A stretch of DNA of 64,000 nucleotides from Phycisphaerales bacterium (GTDB lineage Bacteria > Planctomycetota > Phycisphaerae > Phycisphaerales > JAGLTS01). The translations under genes and the position numbers were made by a program. The notes below the pieces were generated by a model, which saw only the letters and a list, made by a program, of their open reading frames with translations, was not told the origin of the DNA and ran no database searches. Of the stretch, positions 31,769 through 42,320 are shown piece after piece; the stretch's first letter is position 1, and every line of letters starts with the position of its first letter. The stretch is from positions 19,462-83,461 of the forward strand of contig JAGLTS010000013.1 of the NCBI GenBank assembly GCA_023135165.1, in the 5' to 3' direction.

Positions 31769-33421
31769 ATGGCCGCAAAAGAACTGGCCTTTGACACCGA
31801 TGCCCGCCAAGCCCTGCTCACCGGAGTTGAGAAACTCGCCGCCGCCGTCAAGGCGACACTCGGACCGCGTGGCCGCAACGCCGTCCTTGACAAGTCCTGG
31901 GGCGGACCCACCGTGACCAAGGATGGCGTCACCGTCGCTGAGGAGATCGAACTCCGCGACAAGACGCAGAACATGGGCGCCCAGCTCGTCAAGGAGGCTT
32001 CCAGCAAGACCTCCGATGATGCGGGTGACGGGACCACCACCGCCGTCGTACTCGCCGAGGCCATCTTCCGTGAAGGGCTTCGCCAGATTACGGCAGGTGC
32101 CGACGCCAATGCCATGGTGCGAGGCATCCGCAGGGCGGTCGATACCGTCACACGCGAGATCGAGTCCATGAGCAAGCCCATCAAGGGCAAGGCCGACATC
32201 CAAAACGTCGCCACCATCTCATCCAACAACGATCGGGCCATCGGCAAGATCATGGCGAATGCCTTCGAGAGGGTCGGCAAGGACGGTGTCATCACGATCG
32301 AAGAAGGCAAGACGATCGACACCTATGTCGATGTCGTCGAGGGTATGCAGTTCGATCGCGGCTACCTCTCGCCGAACTTCGTCACCAATGTTGACGACAT
32401 GAAAGTCGAGCTTGAGAAGGCGCTCGTGCTGATCTACGAGGGCAAGATCGACTCGATCACAAAGTTCGTCCCCTTCCTTGAGAAGGTCATGGCCACGAAG
32501 AAGCCGCTTGTGATCATCGCGGAGGATGTCACGGGCGAAGCGCTCAGCACCCTGGTCATCAACAAACTGCGCGGCGTGCTCAACGTCGTCGCCGTCAAGG
32601 CCCCGGGCTACGGCGATCGTCGCAAGGCCATGCTCGCGGACATCGCCGTTCTTACCGGCGGCGAGGCGATCATGAAGGATCTCGGCGTCGAACTTGATCA
32701 GATCCAGCTCAGCCAGCTCGGCATGGTCAAACGCATCGAGATCGACAGCGACAACACGACGATCATCGAAGGCGCGGGCAAGAACAGCGCGATCAAGGCG
32801 AGGATCGATCAGATCCGCCGGGAGATCGAGCTGTCCACCAGCGACTACGACACCGAGAAGCTCCAGGAGCGGCTCGCCAAGCTCGCGGGCGGCGTGGCGC
32901 AGATCAAGGTCGGCGCCGCGAGCGAAGCGGAACTCAAGGAGAAGAAGGCGCGCGTCGAGGATGCACTGCACGCCACCCGTGCAGCCATCGAGGAAGGCAT
33001 CGTGCCAGGCGGCGGCGTCAGCTTCCTGCGGGCCGTACCCGCACTCGCCGCGGCGCGCAAGGCGGCGCGCGGTGACGAACGGCTCGGCGTCGATGTCGTC
33101 GCCAACGCAATGCAGCTTCCGCTTCGGACAATCGCTGACAACGCCGGTGAAAAGGGCACCGTCATCGTCGCCAAGGTCAGCGAGCGGAAGGGCAGCTTCG
33201 GCTTCGACGCCCTGGCCCGCGAGTACGGCGACCTGATCGAGAAGGGCATCATCACGCCCGCCAAGGTCGATCGCACCGCACTGCAGAACGCGGCGAGCGT
33301 CGCCAACCTGCTGCTTGCCGCCGACTGTGTCGTCACCGAAAAACCACAGGACAACGAGCCCGCACCGGGCGGCGCGCCAGGCATGGACGGCATGGGTGGC
33401 ATGGGCGGCATGGGCTTCTAA
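31769..33421 (+). CDS. groL: Chaperonin GroEL, copy 1 (GGM tail)
   Basis: [35 protein letters not shown]-terminal [10 protein letters not shown]. Confidence 0.98.
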   Translation: MAAKELAFDTDARQALLTGVEKLAAAVKATLGPRGRNAVLDKSWGGPTVTKDGVTVAEEIELRDKTQNMGAQLVKEASSKTSDDAGDGTTTAVVLAEAIFREGLRQITAGADANAMVRGIRRAVDTVTREIESMSKPIKGKADIQNVATISSNNDRAIGKIMANAFERVGKDGVITIEEGKTIDTYVDVVEGMQFDRGYLSPNFVTNVDDMKVELEKALVLIYEGKIDSITKFVPFLEKVMATKKPLVIIAEDVTGEALSTLVINKLRGVLNVVAVKAPGYGDRRKAMLADIAVLTGGEAIMKDLGVELDQIQLSQLGMVKRIEIDSDNTTIIEGAGKNSAIKARIDQIRREIELSTSDYDTEKLQERLAKLAGGVAQIKVGAASEAELKEKKARVEDALHATRAAIEEGIVPGGGVSFLRAVPALAAARKAARGDERLGVDVVANAMQLPLRTIADNAGEKGTVIVAKVSERKGSFGFDALAREYGDLIEKGIITPAKVDRTALQNAASVANLLLAADCVVTEKPQDNEPAPGGAPGMDGMGGMGGMGF

Positions 33422-33508
33422 GCACACGTACCTGCCAATCGGCTCGGACACACGAGAAAAACAACACGGCGTCAACGAACGCCGATGCAAGACAACGGAG
33501 ACACCATC

Positions 33509-33799
33509 ATGGCAATCAAGCCACTCGACGATCGCATCCTCGTCAAGCCACAAGAGGCGGAAGACAAGACCGCAGCGGGGATCTACCTTCCCGAAGCCGC
33601 CAAGGAAAAACCTGTTCGCGGCACAGTCGTCGCGCTCGGCCCGGGCAAACTGCTTGACAACGGCAAACGCGGCGACATGAGCGTCAAGAAGAACGACATC
33701 GTCGTCTACGGCAAGTACGCAGGCACCGAGATCGAGATCAAGGGCAAGACCCACATGATCCTGCGAGAGTCGGAACTGCTCGGCATCATCGAGAAGTAA
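33509..33799 (+). CDS. groS: Co-chaperonin GroES
   Basis: [32 protein letters not shown]. Confidence 0.97.
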   Translation: MAIKPLDDRILVKPQEAEDKTAAGIYLPEAAKEKPVRGTVVALGPGKLLDNGKRGDMSVKKNDIVVYGKYAGTEIEIKGKTHMILRESELLGIIEK

Positions 33800-33893
33800 T
33801 CGCGCGCGTCGAGCGACTCCGCGATGGCGCGACGAAACAGGAAATCACCTCCGGCCTGCGAGCCGGGCAGCCACATACAGTTGGATACCAGCG

Positions 33894-35507
33894 ATGACAA
33901 CGAAACAACAGTTGCGCGGTGAGACGGCTTTGCAGCACATGAAGCGAGGCGTCCAGCGGCTCTCCCAAGCGGTCAAGATCACGATGGGACCCGTCGGACG
34001 CAACGTCGTCATGGAGAAATCCTATGGCGGCCCGGCGGTCACCAAGGACGGTGTCACCGTCGCCAAGGAGATCTCGCTTCCTGAGAAGTTCGAGGATATG
34101 GGCGTCAAGATGGTCGTCGAAGTCGCCAAGAAAGTCTCCGACAAGGCGGGCGACGGCACGACGTGCGCGACCATCCTGACCGAGGCGATCTTCGTGGACG
34201 GCCTGCGACACCTCGCCGCCGGCGCCAACCCCATGGCGCTGCAACGCGGCATCAACGCCGCTGCCAAGGTTGCCTGTGATGCGGTCGATGCGATCAGCGT
34301 CGAATGCACCGGCAAGGATGACTACCGCAAAGTCGCGACCGTCTCGGCGAACCACGACAAGGAGATCGGCGAGACCATCGCGGAAGCGATCAACAAGGTC
34401 GGAGCGGAGGGCGTCGTCGAGGTCGAGGAAGGCAAGACCGCTGAAATGACGCTCGAATACGTCGAGGGCATGCAGTTCGACAAGGGCTATCTCAGCCCCT
34501 ACTTCATGACCGATCCGGCAAACAGCGAGTGCATCCTCGAGGATGCGATGATCCTCATCCACGAGAAGAAGATCAGCAACCTCGCCGACCTGCTCCCGCT
34601 GCTCAACAAGGTGGCCGGCTCGGGCAATGCGTTGCTCATCATCGCAGAGGATGTGGACAACGAAGCACTCGCGGCGCTGGTCGTCAATCGTCTGCGAGGC
34701 GTGCTGAAGGTCTGCGCGGTCAAGGCACCGGGCTTCGGCGATCGACGCAAGGCGATGCTCCAGGATCTCGCGGTCCTCACGGGCGGCACGTTCTTCAGCG
34801 AAGACCTCGGCAGAACGCTTGAGGACATCGATCTCACGGAACTCGGCAAGGCCAAGAAGCTCATCATCACGAAGGATGACACCACCGTCATTCGCGGTGC
34901 CGGTAAGAAGAAGGACATCCAAACACGCGCATCGCAGATCCAGGCGCAGTACGACAAGTCCACGAGCGACTACGACCGTGAGAAGCTGCAGGAACGCCTG
35001 GCGAAACTGACGGGCGGCGTAGCGATCGTCAACGTCGGTGCCGCGACCGAGACGGCGATGAAGGAGCGCAAGGATCGCGTTGAAGACGCCTTGCACGCCA
35101 CACGCGCCGCGGCGAAGGAAGGCTACGTGCCCGGCGGCGGCGTCGCGCTGATCCGCGCGATCGACGCCGTCGAGAAGAGCCGAGCCAAGGCCCGCGGCGA
35201 TGAAAAGCTCGGCTACGACATCATCGCAGCCTCGCTGGAGAAGCCCGCATTCCAGATCGCCGACAACGCGGGCGTCGACGGCGACCTCGTCGTCGAGAAG
35301 ATCAAAGATGGCCAGGGCAACTTCGGATACGACGCAGCGGCCGACACGTACACGGATCTTGTCCAGGCGGGTATCCTCGACCCGGCGCTCGTCGCCAAGC
35401 AGGCCTTGCAGAATGCCGCATCCGTCGCGGGCGTCATGCTGACCACCGATGTGCTCGTCACCGAACTGAAGGATGACGATGAACCGACGGACGACGCGGT
35501 GGTGTAG
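33894..35507 (+). CDS. groL: Chaperonin GroEL, copy 2 (divergent, acidic tail)
   Basis: [34 protein letters not shown]; ends [11 protein letters not shown]. Confidence 0.97.
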   Translation: MTTKQQLRGETALQHMKRGVQRLSQAVKITMGPVGRNVVMEKSYGGPAVTKDGVTVAKEISLPEKFEDMGVKMVVEVAKKVSDKAGDGTTCATILTEAIFVDGLRHLAAGANPMALQRGINAAAKVACDAVDAISVECTGKDDYRKVATVSANHDKEIGETIAEAINKVGAEGVVEVEEGKTAEMTLEYVEGMQFDKGYLSPYFMTDPANSECILEDAMILIHEKKISNLADLLPLLNKVAGSGNALLIIAEDVDNEALAALVVNRLRGVLKVCAVKAPGFGDRRKAMLQDLAVLTGGTFFSEDLGRTLEDIDLTELGKAKKLIITKDDTTVIRGAGKKKDIQTRASQIQAQYDKSTSDYDREKLQERLAKLTGGVAIVNVGAATETAMKERKDRVEDALHATRAAAKEGYVPGGGVALIRAIDAVEKSRAKARGDEKLGYDIIAASLEKPAFQIADNAGVDGDLVVEKIKDGQGNFGYDAAADTYTDLVQAGILDPALVAKQALQNAASVAGVMLTTDVLVTELKDDDEPTDDAVV

Positions 35508-35570
35508 CATGCCTCAATGAGCTCACGAGATCATGGCAAGGGTGCGATTGGCGTCGCGCCCTCGCCTTTT

Positions 35571-35696
35571 GGAAATGTCGAATGACGAATGTCCCATGGC
35601 TGGCGAGAGCGATGAAGCATCGACGATCAAGGAGTTCCGATAGCGCATCGACAGCAACCGCGCCAGACTCATTCAGCATGAGACATTAGACATTCC
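35571..35696. repeat. Small element bounded by inverted heptamer repeats
   Basis: Left GGAAATGTCGAATGACGAATGTC; right CATTCAGCATGAGACATTAGACATTCC (reverse complement GGAATGTCTAATGTCTCATGCTGAATG). Confidence 0.5.
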
Positions 35697-35710
35697 CCGA
35701 AGGGCTCCCC

Positions 35711-36895
35711 ATGCCGGCCACACGCGATCGCGATTACTACGAAGTGCTCGGCGTCACCCGCGACGCTGGCGCTGACGACATCAAGCGCGCGTACCGCCGG
35801 CTGGCGATGAAACACCATCCCGATCGCAACCCAGGCGACGCCGAGGCTGAGGAGAAGTTCAAGGAAGCCGCCGCCGCCTACGAGGTTCTCAGCGACGACA
35901 AGCGCAAGCGGGTATACGACCAGTACGGTCACGAGGGCTTGCGCAGCACGCCCGGGCACGACTTCCGCTCGATGCACGCTGAGGACATCTTCTCGATGTT
36001 CAACGAGATCTTCGGCGCGGGGTTCGGCGGCATGGGCGGCGCACGTGGGGGACGTGGGGGCCGCGGTAGGCCGGGGCGCCGCGTCGCACGAGGCTACGAC
36101 CTTGAAACACAGGTCGAGATCACCCTAGGCGATGTGCTCACGGGCGTGGAGAAGGATGTCGAGTTCACGCGGATGGATGTCTGCGAGACGTGCAAGGGCA
36201 CCGGCGCCAAGCCCGGGACTAAGCCGATCGCCTGTGGGACGTGTGGCGGCATGGGACAGGTGACGCAAGTCGGGCTGGGCGGCATGTTCCGCATGCAGAC
36301 GACCTGTCCGAACTGCCGCGGTAGAGGCTCGGTGATTGGCGAGCATTGCAACACATGCCGAGGCGTGGGGCGCACCGGCAGGCATCGAAAGCTCTCGATC
36401 AAGATCCCGGCGGGCATCCGTGATGGCCAGGCGGTCCGCGTGCAGGGCGAGGGTGAGCCGCCGCCGCAGGAATTGTCGCCTGAGGGAACAGGTGTGCGAG
36501 GCGATCTGCACGTCGTCGTTCGCGTGACGGAACATGAGCTGTTTGAACGTGATCCGAACAACCCGGATCATCTCGTGCTGGTCATGCCGATCAGTTTCAC
36601 GCAGGCGACGCTCGGAGCCGATGTCGAGGTTCCTCTGCTGGACGGTTCGACGACGCTGACCATTCCCAGCGGTACGCAGCACGGGGCGATCTTCCGCATC
36701 GTTGGTGAAGGTCTGCCGAACTTGCGATCCGGAAGACGCGGCAGCCTCGTTGTTGCTGTCAAACTCGAAATACCAACAAAGCTCACGAAGAAGCAAGAAG
36801 AGCTCATCCGTGAGTTCGCCGAGACGGAAGACATGAGCGTCCTTCCGGAACGGCGCGGGTTTATGAAGAAGATCAAGAACATGCTCGGCAAGTAG
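35711..36895 (+). CDS. dnaJ: Chaperone DnaJ
   Basis: [14 protein letters not shown] region, four CxxCxGxG repeats. Confidence 0.97.
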   Translation: MPATRDRDYYEVLGVTRDAGADDIKRAYRRLAMKHHPDRNPGDAEAEEKFKEAAAAYEVLSDDKRKRVYDQYGHEGLRSTPGHDFRSMHAEDIFSMFNEIFGAGFGGMGGARGGRGGRGRPGRRVARGYDLETQVEITLGDVLTGVEKDVEFTRMDVCETCKGTGAKPGTKPIACGTCGGMGQVTQVGLGGMFRMQTTCPNCRGRGSVIGEHCNTCRGVGRTGRHRKLSIKIPAGIRDGQAVRVQGEGEPPPQELSPEGTGVRGDLHVVVRVTEHELFERDPNNPDHLVLVMPISFTQATLGADVEVPLLDGSTTLTIPSGTQHGAIFRIVGEGLPNLRSGRRGSLVVAVKLEIPTKLTKKQEELIREFAETEDMSVLPERRGFMKKIKNMLGK

Positions 36896-36921
36896 CCGGG
36901 CGAGGCGTTTCGAGGCGCGCC

Positions 36922-37551
36922 ATGAAGCGAAAGAAGAACAAAGAACAGCTTGACGCGGAAGCGATCGACGACCAGGTCGACGACGCTGCGGTCGATGACC
37001 CAGCGCAGGACAAGGCATCGTCCGATGCGGACTACGATCCCGTCGAGCACATCGCCGAACTGGAGCAGGAGCGTGACGAAGCAATCGCGAAGTACCAACG
37101 CTCGCTCGCTGATTTCCAGAACTACCAGCGCCGCAGCATCCAGAACGAGCGCCAAGCCAACGAGCAGGGCATCGCATCCGTCGCACGGGGTTTGCTCCCG
37201 GTGATGGACCATTTCACGCTTGCACTGGGTCAGGACCCTCAGCAGACGACCGTCGAACAGTTCATGGCGGGTATGCGCATCGTGCGAGATGAACTCGTCA
37301 AAGCCCTCCAGATCCACGGCCTGACTTCAATCCAAGTCGAAGTCGGCGACGCCTTCGACCCGAAATACCACGACGCCGTCGCCCGTGTCGCGGCTCAAGA
37401 CGTTGATCCCGGATGTGTGTCAAATATCACACAGGATGGGTTCATGCTCGGCGACCGCGTTCTGCGCGCCGTGAAGGTAACAATCGCGCCCGAAGACGTG
37501 GAAGACGAGCCGACTGATGCGACGGATGATGATGCTGAGCGCAGCGAGTGA
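36922..37551 (+). CDS. grpE: Nucleotide exchange factor GrpE
   Basis: RSLADFQNYQRR, LLPVMDHF, FDPKYHDAV, GFMLGDRVLRAVKV. Confidence 0.93.
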   Translation: MKRKKNKEQLDAEAIDDQVDDAAVDDPAQDKASSDADYDPVEHIAELEQERDEAIAKYQRSLADFQNYQRRSIQNERQANEQGIASVARGLLPVMDHFTLALGQDPQQTTVEQFMAGMRIVRDELVKALQIHGLTSIQVEVGDAFDPKYHDAVARVAAQDVDPGCVSNITQDGFMLGDRVLRAVKVTIAPEDVEDEPTDATDDDAERSE

Positions 37552-37575
37552 GCCGCCGGCGAAAGGAAGTATGTG

Positions 37576-37905
37576 ATGCCGACGTATGAATACGAGTGTG
37601 AAACGTGCGAGCACGCGTTCGAAGAGTTCCAATCGATGACAGCTCGCCCGCTGCGCAAGTGCCCCGAGTGCGGCGAACGGTCGCTGCGGCGGCTGATCGG
37701 CGCGGGCGCGGGTCTGATCTTCAAAGGCAGCGGCTTCTACGAGACGGACTACCGTTCCGCAAGCTACAAGAAAGCAGCAGAAGCCGAGAAGAGTGCCCAG
37801 TCATCCAAGTCAGACAAGAAGAGCGACGGCGCATCCGGCAAAACAAAGCCCAAAGCAGGCAATCCCGACGCCAAGAAGGCGGCAACGGCCAGCAAGTCCG
37901 GCTGA
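37576..37905 (+). CDS. FmdB-family zinc ribbon protein
   Basis: MPTYEYECETC...CPECG...FKGSGFYETDY. Confidence 0.9.
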   Translation: MPTYEYECETCEHAFEEFQSMTARPLRKCPECGERSLRRLIGAGAGLIFKGSGFYETDYRSASYKKAAEAEKSAQSSKSDKKSDGASGKTKPKAGNPDAKKAATASKSG

Positions 37906-37961
37906 GTGCGCGGGAATGCCCGTCTGCGTGTTCGCTGCACCCGATGATTGACAGATCCCGC

Positions 37962-38050
37962 TCACAGCCCCGCCTGGCAAGGCGGGGTTCGCTTCACCTG
38001 TGGATAGCGCACTTAGACGACGAACCTCGCCTTGCCAGACGAGGCTGTGA
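37962..38050. repeat. Inverted REP pair (REPIN-like) between convergent genes
   Basis: TCACAGCCCCGCCTGGCAAGGCGGGGTTCG ... CGAACCTCGCCTTGCCAGACGAGGCTGTGA (30-bp arms, 3 mismatches). Confidence 0.75.
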
Positions 38051-38101
38051 TGCAGGCACAACGGATGAAACCGAAATATCACAATGGACGGCGCCTCTGC
38101 G

Positions 38102-38974
38102 TCAGTTGCCGGCGAGCGCTGCAACTTGTTCGCGGAGCAGACGGGTGAACTCGTCGGGCTTTTCGAGCATCGGGAAGTGACCGACCTCTTCCATGAGAAC
38201 CACGTCGAACGACGGCGAGAACCGGCGGTTCGACTCGACCTTCGTCTCGTTCGGCGCTGCTGCGTTGATGCATCGCACGGGGACGGGACAGGCTGCGAGG
38301 ATCGCCTTCTGATCGAGCGTGATGTAGGACCGCATCAGGCCGACGCCGACCTTCGGGTCCGTGGCGCATGCGCCCTCTGTGATGCGATCGACCAGCGCCG
38401 GGTCGGTCCATTCAGGCAGCATGCTCTGCAAGAAGCCCGCGCACACGCCCGCGAAGTCAGCCTCCAGCGCTGCGACAAAAGGCGCCATCATCTCCTCGGT
38501 GAACTCCAAGGCCACATCCTGCAGCGTGTCGACGCCGATCACGCCGATGACGCGATCGGGCATCATCGCCGCTGCCTGAAGCGACACAGGCCCGCCCATC
38601 GAGTGGCCGACGAGAACGACCCTGTTCAGGTCGAGATGCTCCACGACGGCGACGACATCGCGGGCAAGGTCCGCGGTGGTCCACACGTCTCGGTCGATCC
38701 CGGACTCACCCTGACCGCCTAAGTCGAGCGCGACGACTCGGTGCGCCTCGTCAAGCGCCGCCATCTGCGCAGCCCAATGCGTGCGGTCGCAGCACCAGCC
38801 GTGGATGAACACGATCGTCGGATCACCGCCGCCCTGCGCGTCGTAGGCGATCTCCAGGCCGTCGAACGATGCGGTTCGGCCTGTCTGCGGCGGCTGTGGG
38901 GAGTCGTCCGAGGCACATGCGGACAGCGCGCAGGCAAGCAGCACACACATCAGGAGTTGCGTCATCGTCTTCAT
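38102..38974 (-). CDS. Alpha/beta hydrolase, predicted lipoprotein
   Basis: Lipobox LSAC, FIHGW, VGHSMGG nucleophile elbow, VGHFPMLE. Confidence 0.9.
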   Translation of the reverse strand: MKTMTQLLMCVLLACALSACASDDSPQPPQTGRTASFDGLEIAYDAQGGGDPTIVFIHGWCCDRTHWAAQMAALDEAHRVVALDLGGQGESGIDRDVWTTADLARDVVAVVEHLDLNRVVLVGHSMGGPVSLQAAAMMPDRVIGVIGVDTLQDVALEFTEEMMAPFVAALEADFAGVCAGFLQSMLPEWTDPALVDRITEGACATDPKVGVGLMRSYITLDQKAILAACPVPVRCINAAAPNETKVESNRRFSPSFDVVLMEEVGHFPMLEKPDEFTRLLREQVAALAGN

Positions 38975-39014
38975 GTCAATCCTCTCGGGTTCGAGTCGCG
39001 CGCCTGGTGGGGCG

Positions 39015-41096
39015 TCATCCGATCGGCCCTCGCTCGATCAGGATGGCGATGCGCAACAGTTCCGCCACGCTCCACGCCTGGGCGATGCAGCCCTGCGGTC
39101 GCTGGTCGAGATCGGCTGCGGCGGGATCACCGCCGTCGTAGACCTCCGCGATCTGCCCGAGGCACTGCGAATCGAGCTGCGCCAGGAGCGGGCTGATGAA
39201 CTCGCGCGCCTGCCTGCGAGCGTTCTCGGTGAACCCTTCGGATCGCAAGAATGCCTCGACAAACGGCCCGATCAGCCAAGGCCAGCACGTGCCTTGATGA
39301 TACGCCGCATCACGCGCGAACATGTCACCTTCAAAGCGAGGCTGATACGCCGGGTCCGTCGGGCTGAGCGTTCGCAGACCCATCGGCGTGAGCAGGTGCT
39401 CACGACACACATCCACAACCGCTCGTTGCTGGGCGATTCGCAAAGGCGAGTGCGGCAGACTCACAGCCAGGAGCTGGTTGGGCCTGATGTCCGGCACGGG
39501 TCGCCAGCCGTCTTCGTATGCCGAGTCAGCCGTCAACACGTCGTACAGGCATCGTGTGTCGTCATTCCAGAACGCCTGACGGAAGGACGCAGCCACTTCG
39601 CCGGCCAGCATTCGCAGCGATGCGGAGAGCGCAGCATCGTGTGAGGTCACCGCCTCGGAGACGGCGAGCAGCGCGTGATGCCAGAGCGCATTGATCTCGA
39701 CCGCCTTGCCGTGCCGGGGCGTGAACACGGTCCCATCGCGCTTGGCGTCCATCCATGTGAGTTGCGTATTGGCGTCCCCGGCGAAGATCAGTTTGTCTCC
39801 CTCATCCATGCCGATACCGAGGTCCGTACCACGGCGGTAGTGCTCGATGATCTCCAGGCACGCGGGCAGGGCGTGCTCGGCGAAACCGTCGAAGTCCTTC
39901 GACATGGCCAAGTACTGCGATGCAGCGTGGATGTACCACAAGCTCGCATCGACGGTGTTGTAGTGCGGTCTGCCGCCGTAGTCATCGAATCGATTGGGGA
40001 TCAGCCCTCGCTGCACATGTCTGCCGAACGTCGAAAGCGTTTGCAGCGCTTCACCCCAGCGCCCGGTCGTAAGCAGCAGGCCGGGCAGGCAGATCATCGT
40101 GTCCCGTCCCCAGTCGGCGAACCACGGGAAGCCGGCGAGGATCGACGTGGAGAGCACGCCGTCCACGCGCCGGCCGACGACATACGCATCGCTCGCACGG
40201 GCCAGTCGCAACACCGGCTCAGCGGTCACGCCCGACGCCCGCACATGATCGGTGATTGCCGCGATGTGTCCCTGATGCTGCGCGATGGACTCCTCGATCG
40301 GCCGAACCAGATCCGACCCGACCCCTGCGTAGATCGTGAGCGGGTGCTTGGAAGTTCTCGGGTCGAACGTGTACTCGAAGCAGCCGGGTGTGAAGAGGCT
40401 CTCGGAATCGGCCAGACCTCGCTCCGCTTCGCGCGCGTAGTGGAACTGATGCCACCAGTCTTCATCTGGCACGAAGATCGCCTGTTCGCTTCCGATGCAC
40501 AGTTCACACGCATCGGTGCAGAGCATGATCTGCTTCGGGCCGGGGACGAAGCCGAACCGGTCATCCGTCGTGTCGCGGAGCAACTCGTGGAAGTCGCGCA
40601 CGCTGACGAGCGGCGCGATGCGGATGCGTACTGTTCGGCCGGGCGATTTCACATGGTAGGAAATCGCACATTCATCACGATCGTCGAAGAGATACAGCTC
40701 TCGCGTGATCTCGACATCGCCGATCTGATACACCCATCGGCAGGCGTGGTCGATCTCGAACCGCTTGAGATACGTGTGGCCCTGTGGGTGGATCGTACCG
40801 TCGGTGAATCGGTGGTTGCTGATCTCAGCAACCGTCTCCGCCGATCGGCCCGTCTGGATGGCGATGCGCTCGATCAGCCCGTTGAGCAGCATGATGCGTC
40901 CGACGGGCGGCTGCGTGGCGGCGATGAGCAGGCCGTGGTACCGCCTTGTGTTCAGCCCGAGCGCTGAGCCCATCGCGAAGCCGCCTCGCTTATTCGTGAG
41001 GAGCCACTCGATGCCGCTGAATGCATCGACATCGCCGTCGTAGGACAAGACGCGAGCGCTGTCTGATGGTGCACGTTGCTCAGCGGTCACGCTCAT
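39015..41096 (-). CDS. Glycogen debranching enzyme (amylo-alpha-1,6-glucosidase, GDE_N + GDE_C)
   Basis: EWLLTN.RGGF, TRRYHGLL, AGFPWFADWGRDTMI, TWMDAK, AYHQGT.WPW, QAWSVAE. Confidence 0.92.
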   Translation of the reverse strand: MSVTAEQRAPSDSARVLSYDGDVDAFSGIEWLLTNKRGGFAMGSALGLNTRRYHGLLIAATQPPVGRIMLLNGLIERIAIQTGRSAETVAEISNHRFTDGTIHPQGHTYLKRFEIDHACRWVYQIGDVEITRELYLFDDRDECAISYHVKSPGRTVRIRIAPLVSVRDFHELLRDTTDDRFGFVPGPKQIMLCTDACELCIGSEQAIFVPDEDWWHQFHYAREAERGLADSESLFTPGCFEYTFDPRTSKHPLTIYAGVGSDLVRPIEESIAQHQGHIAAITDHVRASGVTAEPVLRLARASDAYVVGRRVDGVLSTSILAGFPWFADWGRDTMICLPGLLLTTGRWGEALQTLSTFGRHVQRGLIPNRFDDYGGRPHYNTVDASLWYIHAASQYLAMSKDFDGFAEHALPACLEIIEHYRRGTDLGIGMDEGDKLIFAGDANTQLTWMDAKRDGTVFTPRHGKAVEINALWHHALLAVSEAVTSHDAALSASLRMLAGEVAASFRQAFWNDDTRCLYDVLTADSAYEDGWRPVPDIRPNQLLAVSLPHSPLRIAQQRAVVDVCREHLLTPMGLRTLSPTDPAYQPRFEGDMFARDAAYHQGTCWPWLIGPFVEAFLRSEGFTENARRQAREFISPLLAQLDSQCLGQIAEVYDGGDPAAADLDQRPQGCIAQAWSVAELLRIAILIERGPIG

Positions 41097-41338
41097 GCCG
41101 ACTTCCGTTCGAACAGTGAAGCGAAGGGGCCATCCACCGATGTGGGTACCCGACGGGTTGCACGATCGTACCGGGAAACGACCGGCTGGGCAGCGCCCGG
41201 CGCCACGGGTCGATCGAAAACGTGCAGATGATCTTCAGCGGTCTTCATGACCCACGATACGGCGTATGATGCCCATCGTGCGGCTGCGGGACGGCCGACA
41301 ACCGGGTCGTTCGGGCAACCGGCCAGTGGAGATGCATC

Positions 41339-42253
41339 ATGCGTGTTGCTGTCACCGGCGTTTCTGGATTCATCGGTTCGTACATCGCCCGCGCGCTACG
41401 AGGCGCCGGACACGACGTGACGGGGCTTGTCCGTGAAACGAGCCGGCGCGACCACATCGAACCCTACGTGGACCGCTTCGTGGTGGGCGATCACGCTGAT
41501 GCCGGTGTTTGGCCCGCCCTGCTCGACGGAGCTGACTGCGTCGTCCACAACAGCGTCGATTGGGCGCCGCTGCGGAAGGGGGACGATCCCAACAACCACC
41601 TGGCGTCGAATCTCATCGGCTCGATTCAGCTCATGGAGGCAGCCAAGCCGCGACAGTTCGTCTTCATCAGCTCAATCGCGGTGCATCACGATATGCGGCC
41701 TCGCTGGGCCGGCGCGATCGACGAGGACCATCCGCTTCGCCCGTCCACGACCTACGGCGCGTACAAGGCTGCGGTCGAAGCACATCTCTGGGCTGCCCAC
41801 TTCGGGTCGGGGCTGAACACGTGCGCGATTCGGCCATCCGGCGTGTACGGGCTTGACCCGAAGATTGAGAGGTCGCACTTTCATAAGCAGGTTGGCCAAC
41901 TTCGCAGCCGCGCCGAGTCAGGCAAGGCGTTCGCCAAGCCGGGCGGCGGGAAGTTCGTGCATGTCGAGGATGTCGCAGCCGTGGTCGCCGCAGTGGTCGG
42001 GAACAGTGACGCTGCAGGCAGGGCTTTCAACCTCGTCGACTGCTACGCGCGCTGGGCGGACTGGGCCAGGCTCGCCTGCGAACTCATGGGGATCAGCATC
42101 CAAATCGACTTCTCAACTCCGCCGAAGCCCAAGAACACGTTCACCAAGGATGCAGCCCAGTCGCTCGGCGTGGCGATGGATCGCGGACACGCAGGCATCC
42201 GCGCGTACCTGCGCGAGTTGATCGCCGCCGTGGATTCGGATGCATCCGCATGA
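41339..42253 (+). CDS. NAD-dependent epimerase/dehydratase (extended SDR)
   Basis: VTGVSGFIG, FISS, YGAYK. Confidence 0.88.
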   Translation: MRVAVTGVSGFIGSYIARALRGAGHDVTGLVRETSRRDHIEPYVDRFVVGDHADAGVWPALLDGADCVVHNSVDWAPLRKGDDPNNHLASNLIGSIQLMEAAKPRQFVFISSIAVHHDMRPRWAGAIDEDHPLRPSTTYGAYKAAVEAHLWAAHFGSGLNTCAIRPSGVYGLDPKIERSHFHKQVGQLRSRAESGKAFAKPGGGKFVHVEDVAAVVAAVVGNSDAAGRAFNLVDCYARWADWARLACELMGISIQIDFSTPPKPKNTFTKDAAQSLGVAMDRGHAGIRAYLRELIAAVDSDASA

Positions 42254-42320
42254 ATGACGAATCCCGTGCCCGCCGGGCGAGGTCGTGCAACCACGGCCAC
42301 GCTCTGTGGTAGAGCCGTGC

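Noticed and set aside
32219-35510. Long antisense ORFs (511 and 574 aa) opposite groEL, and similar shadow ORFs across the window
   Set aside because: Typical stop-poor antisense frames of high-GC genes with strong codon bias; no protein motifs
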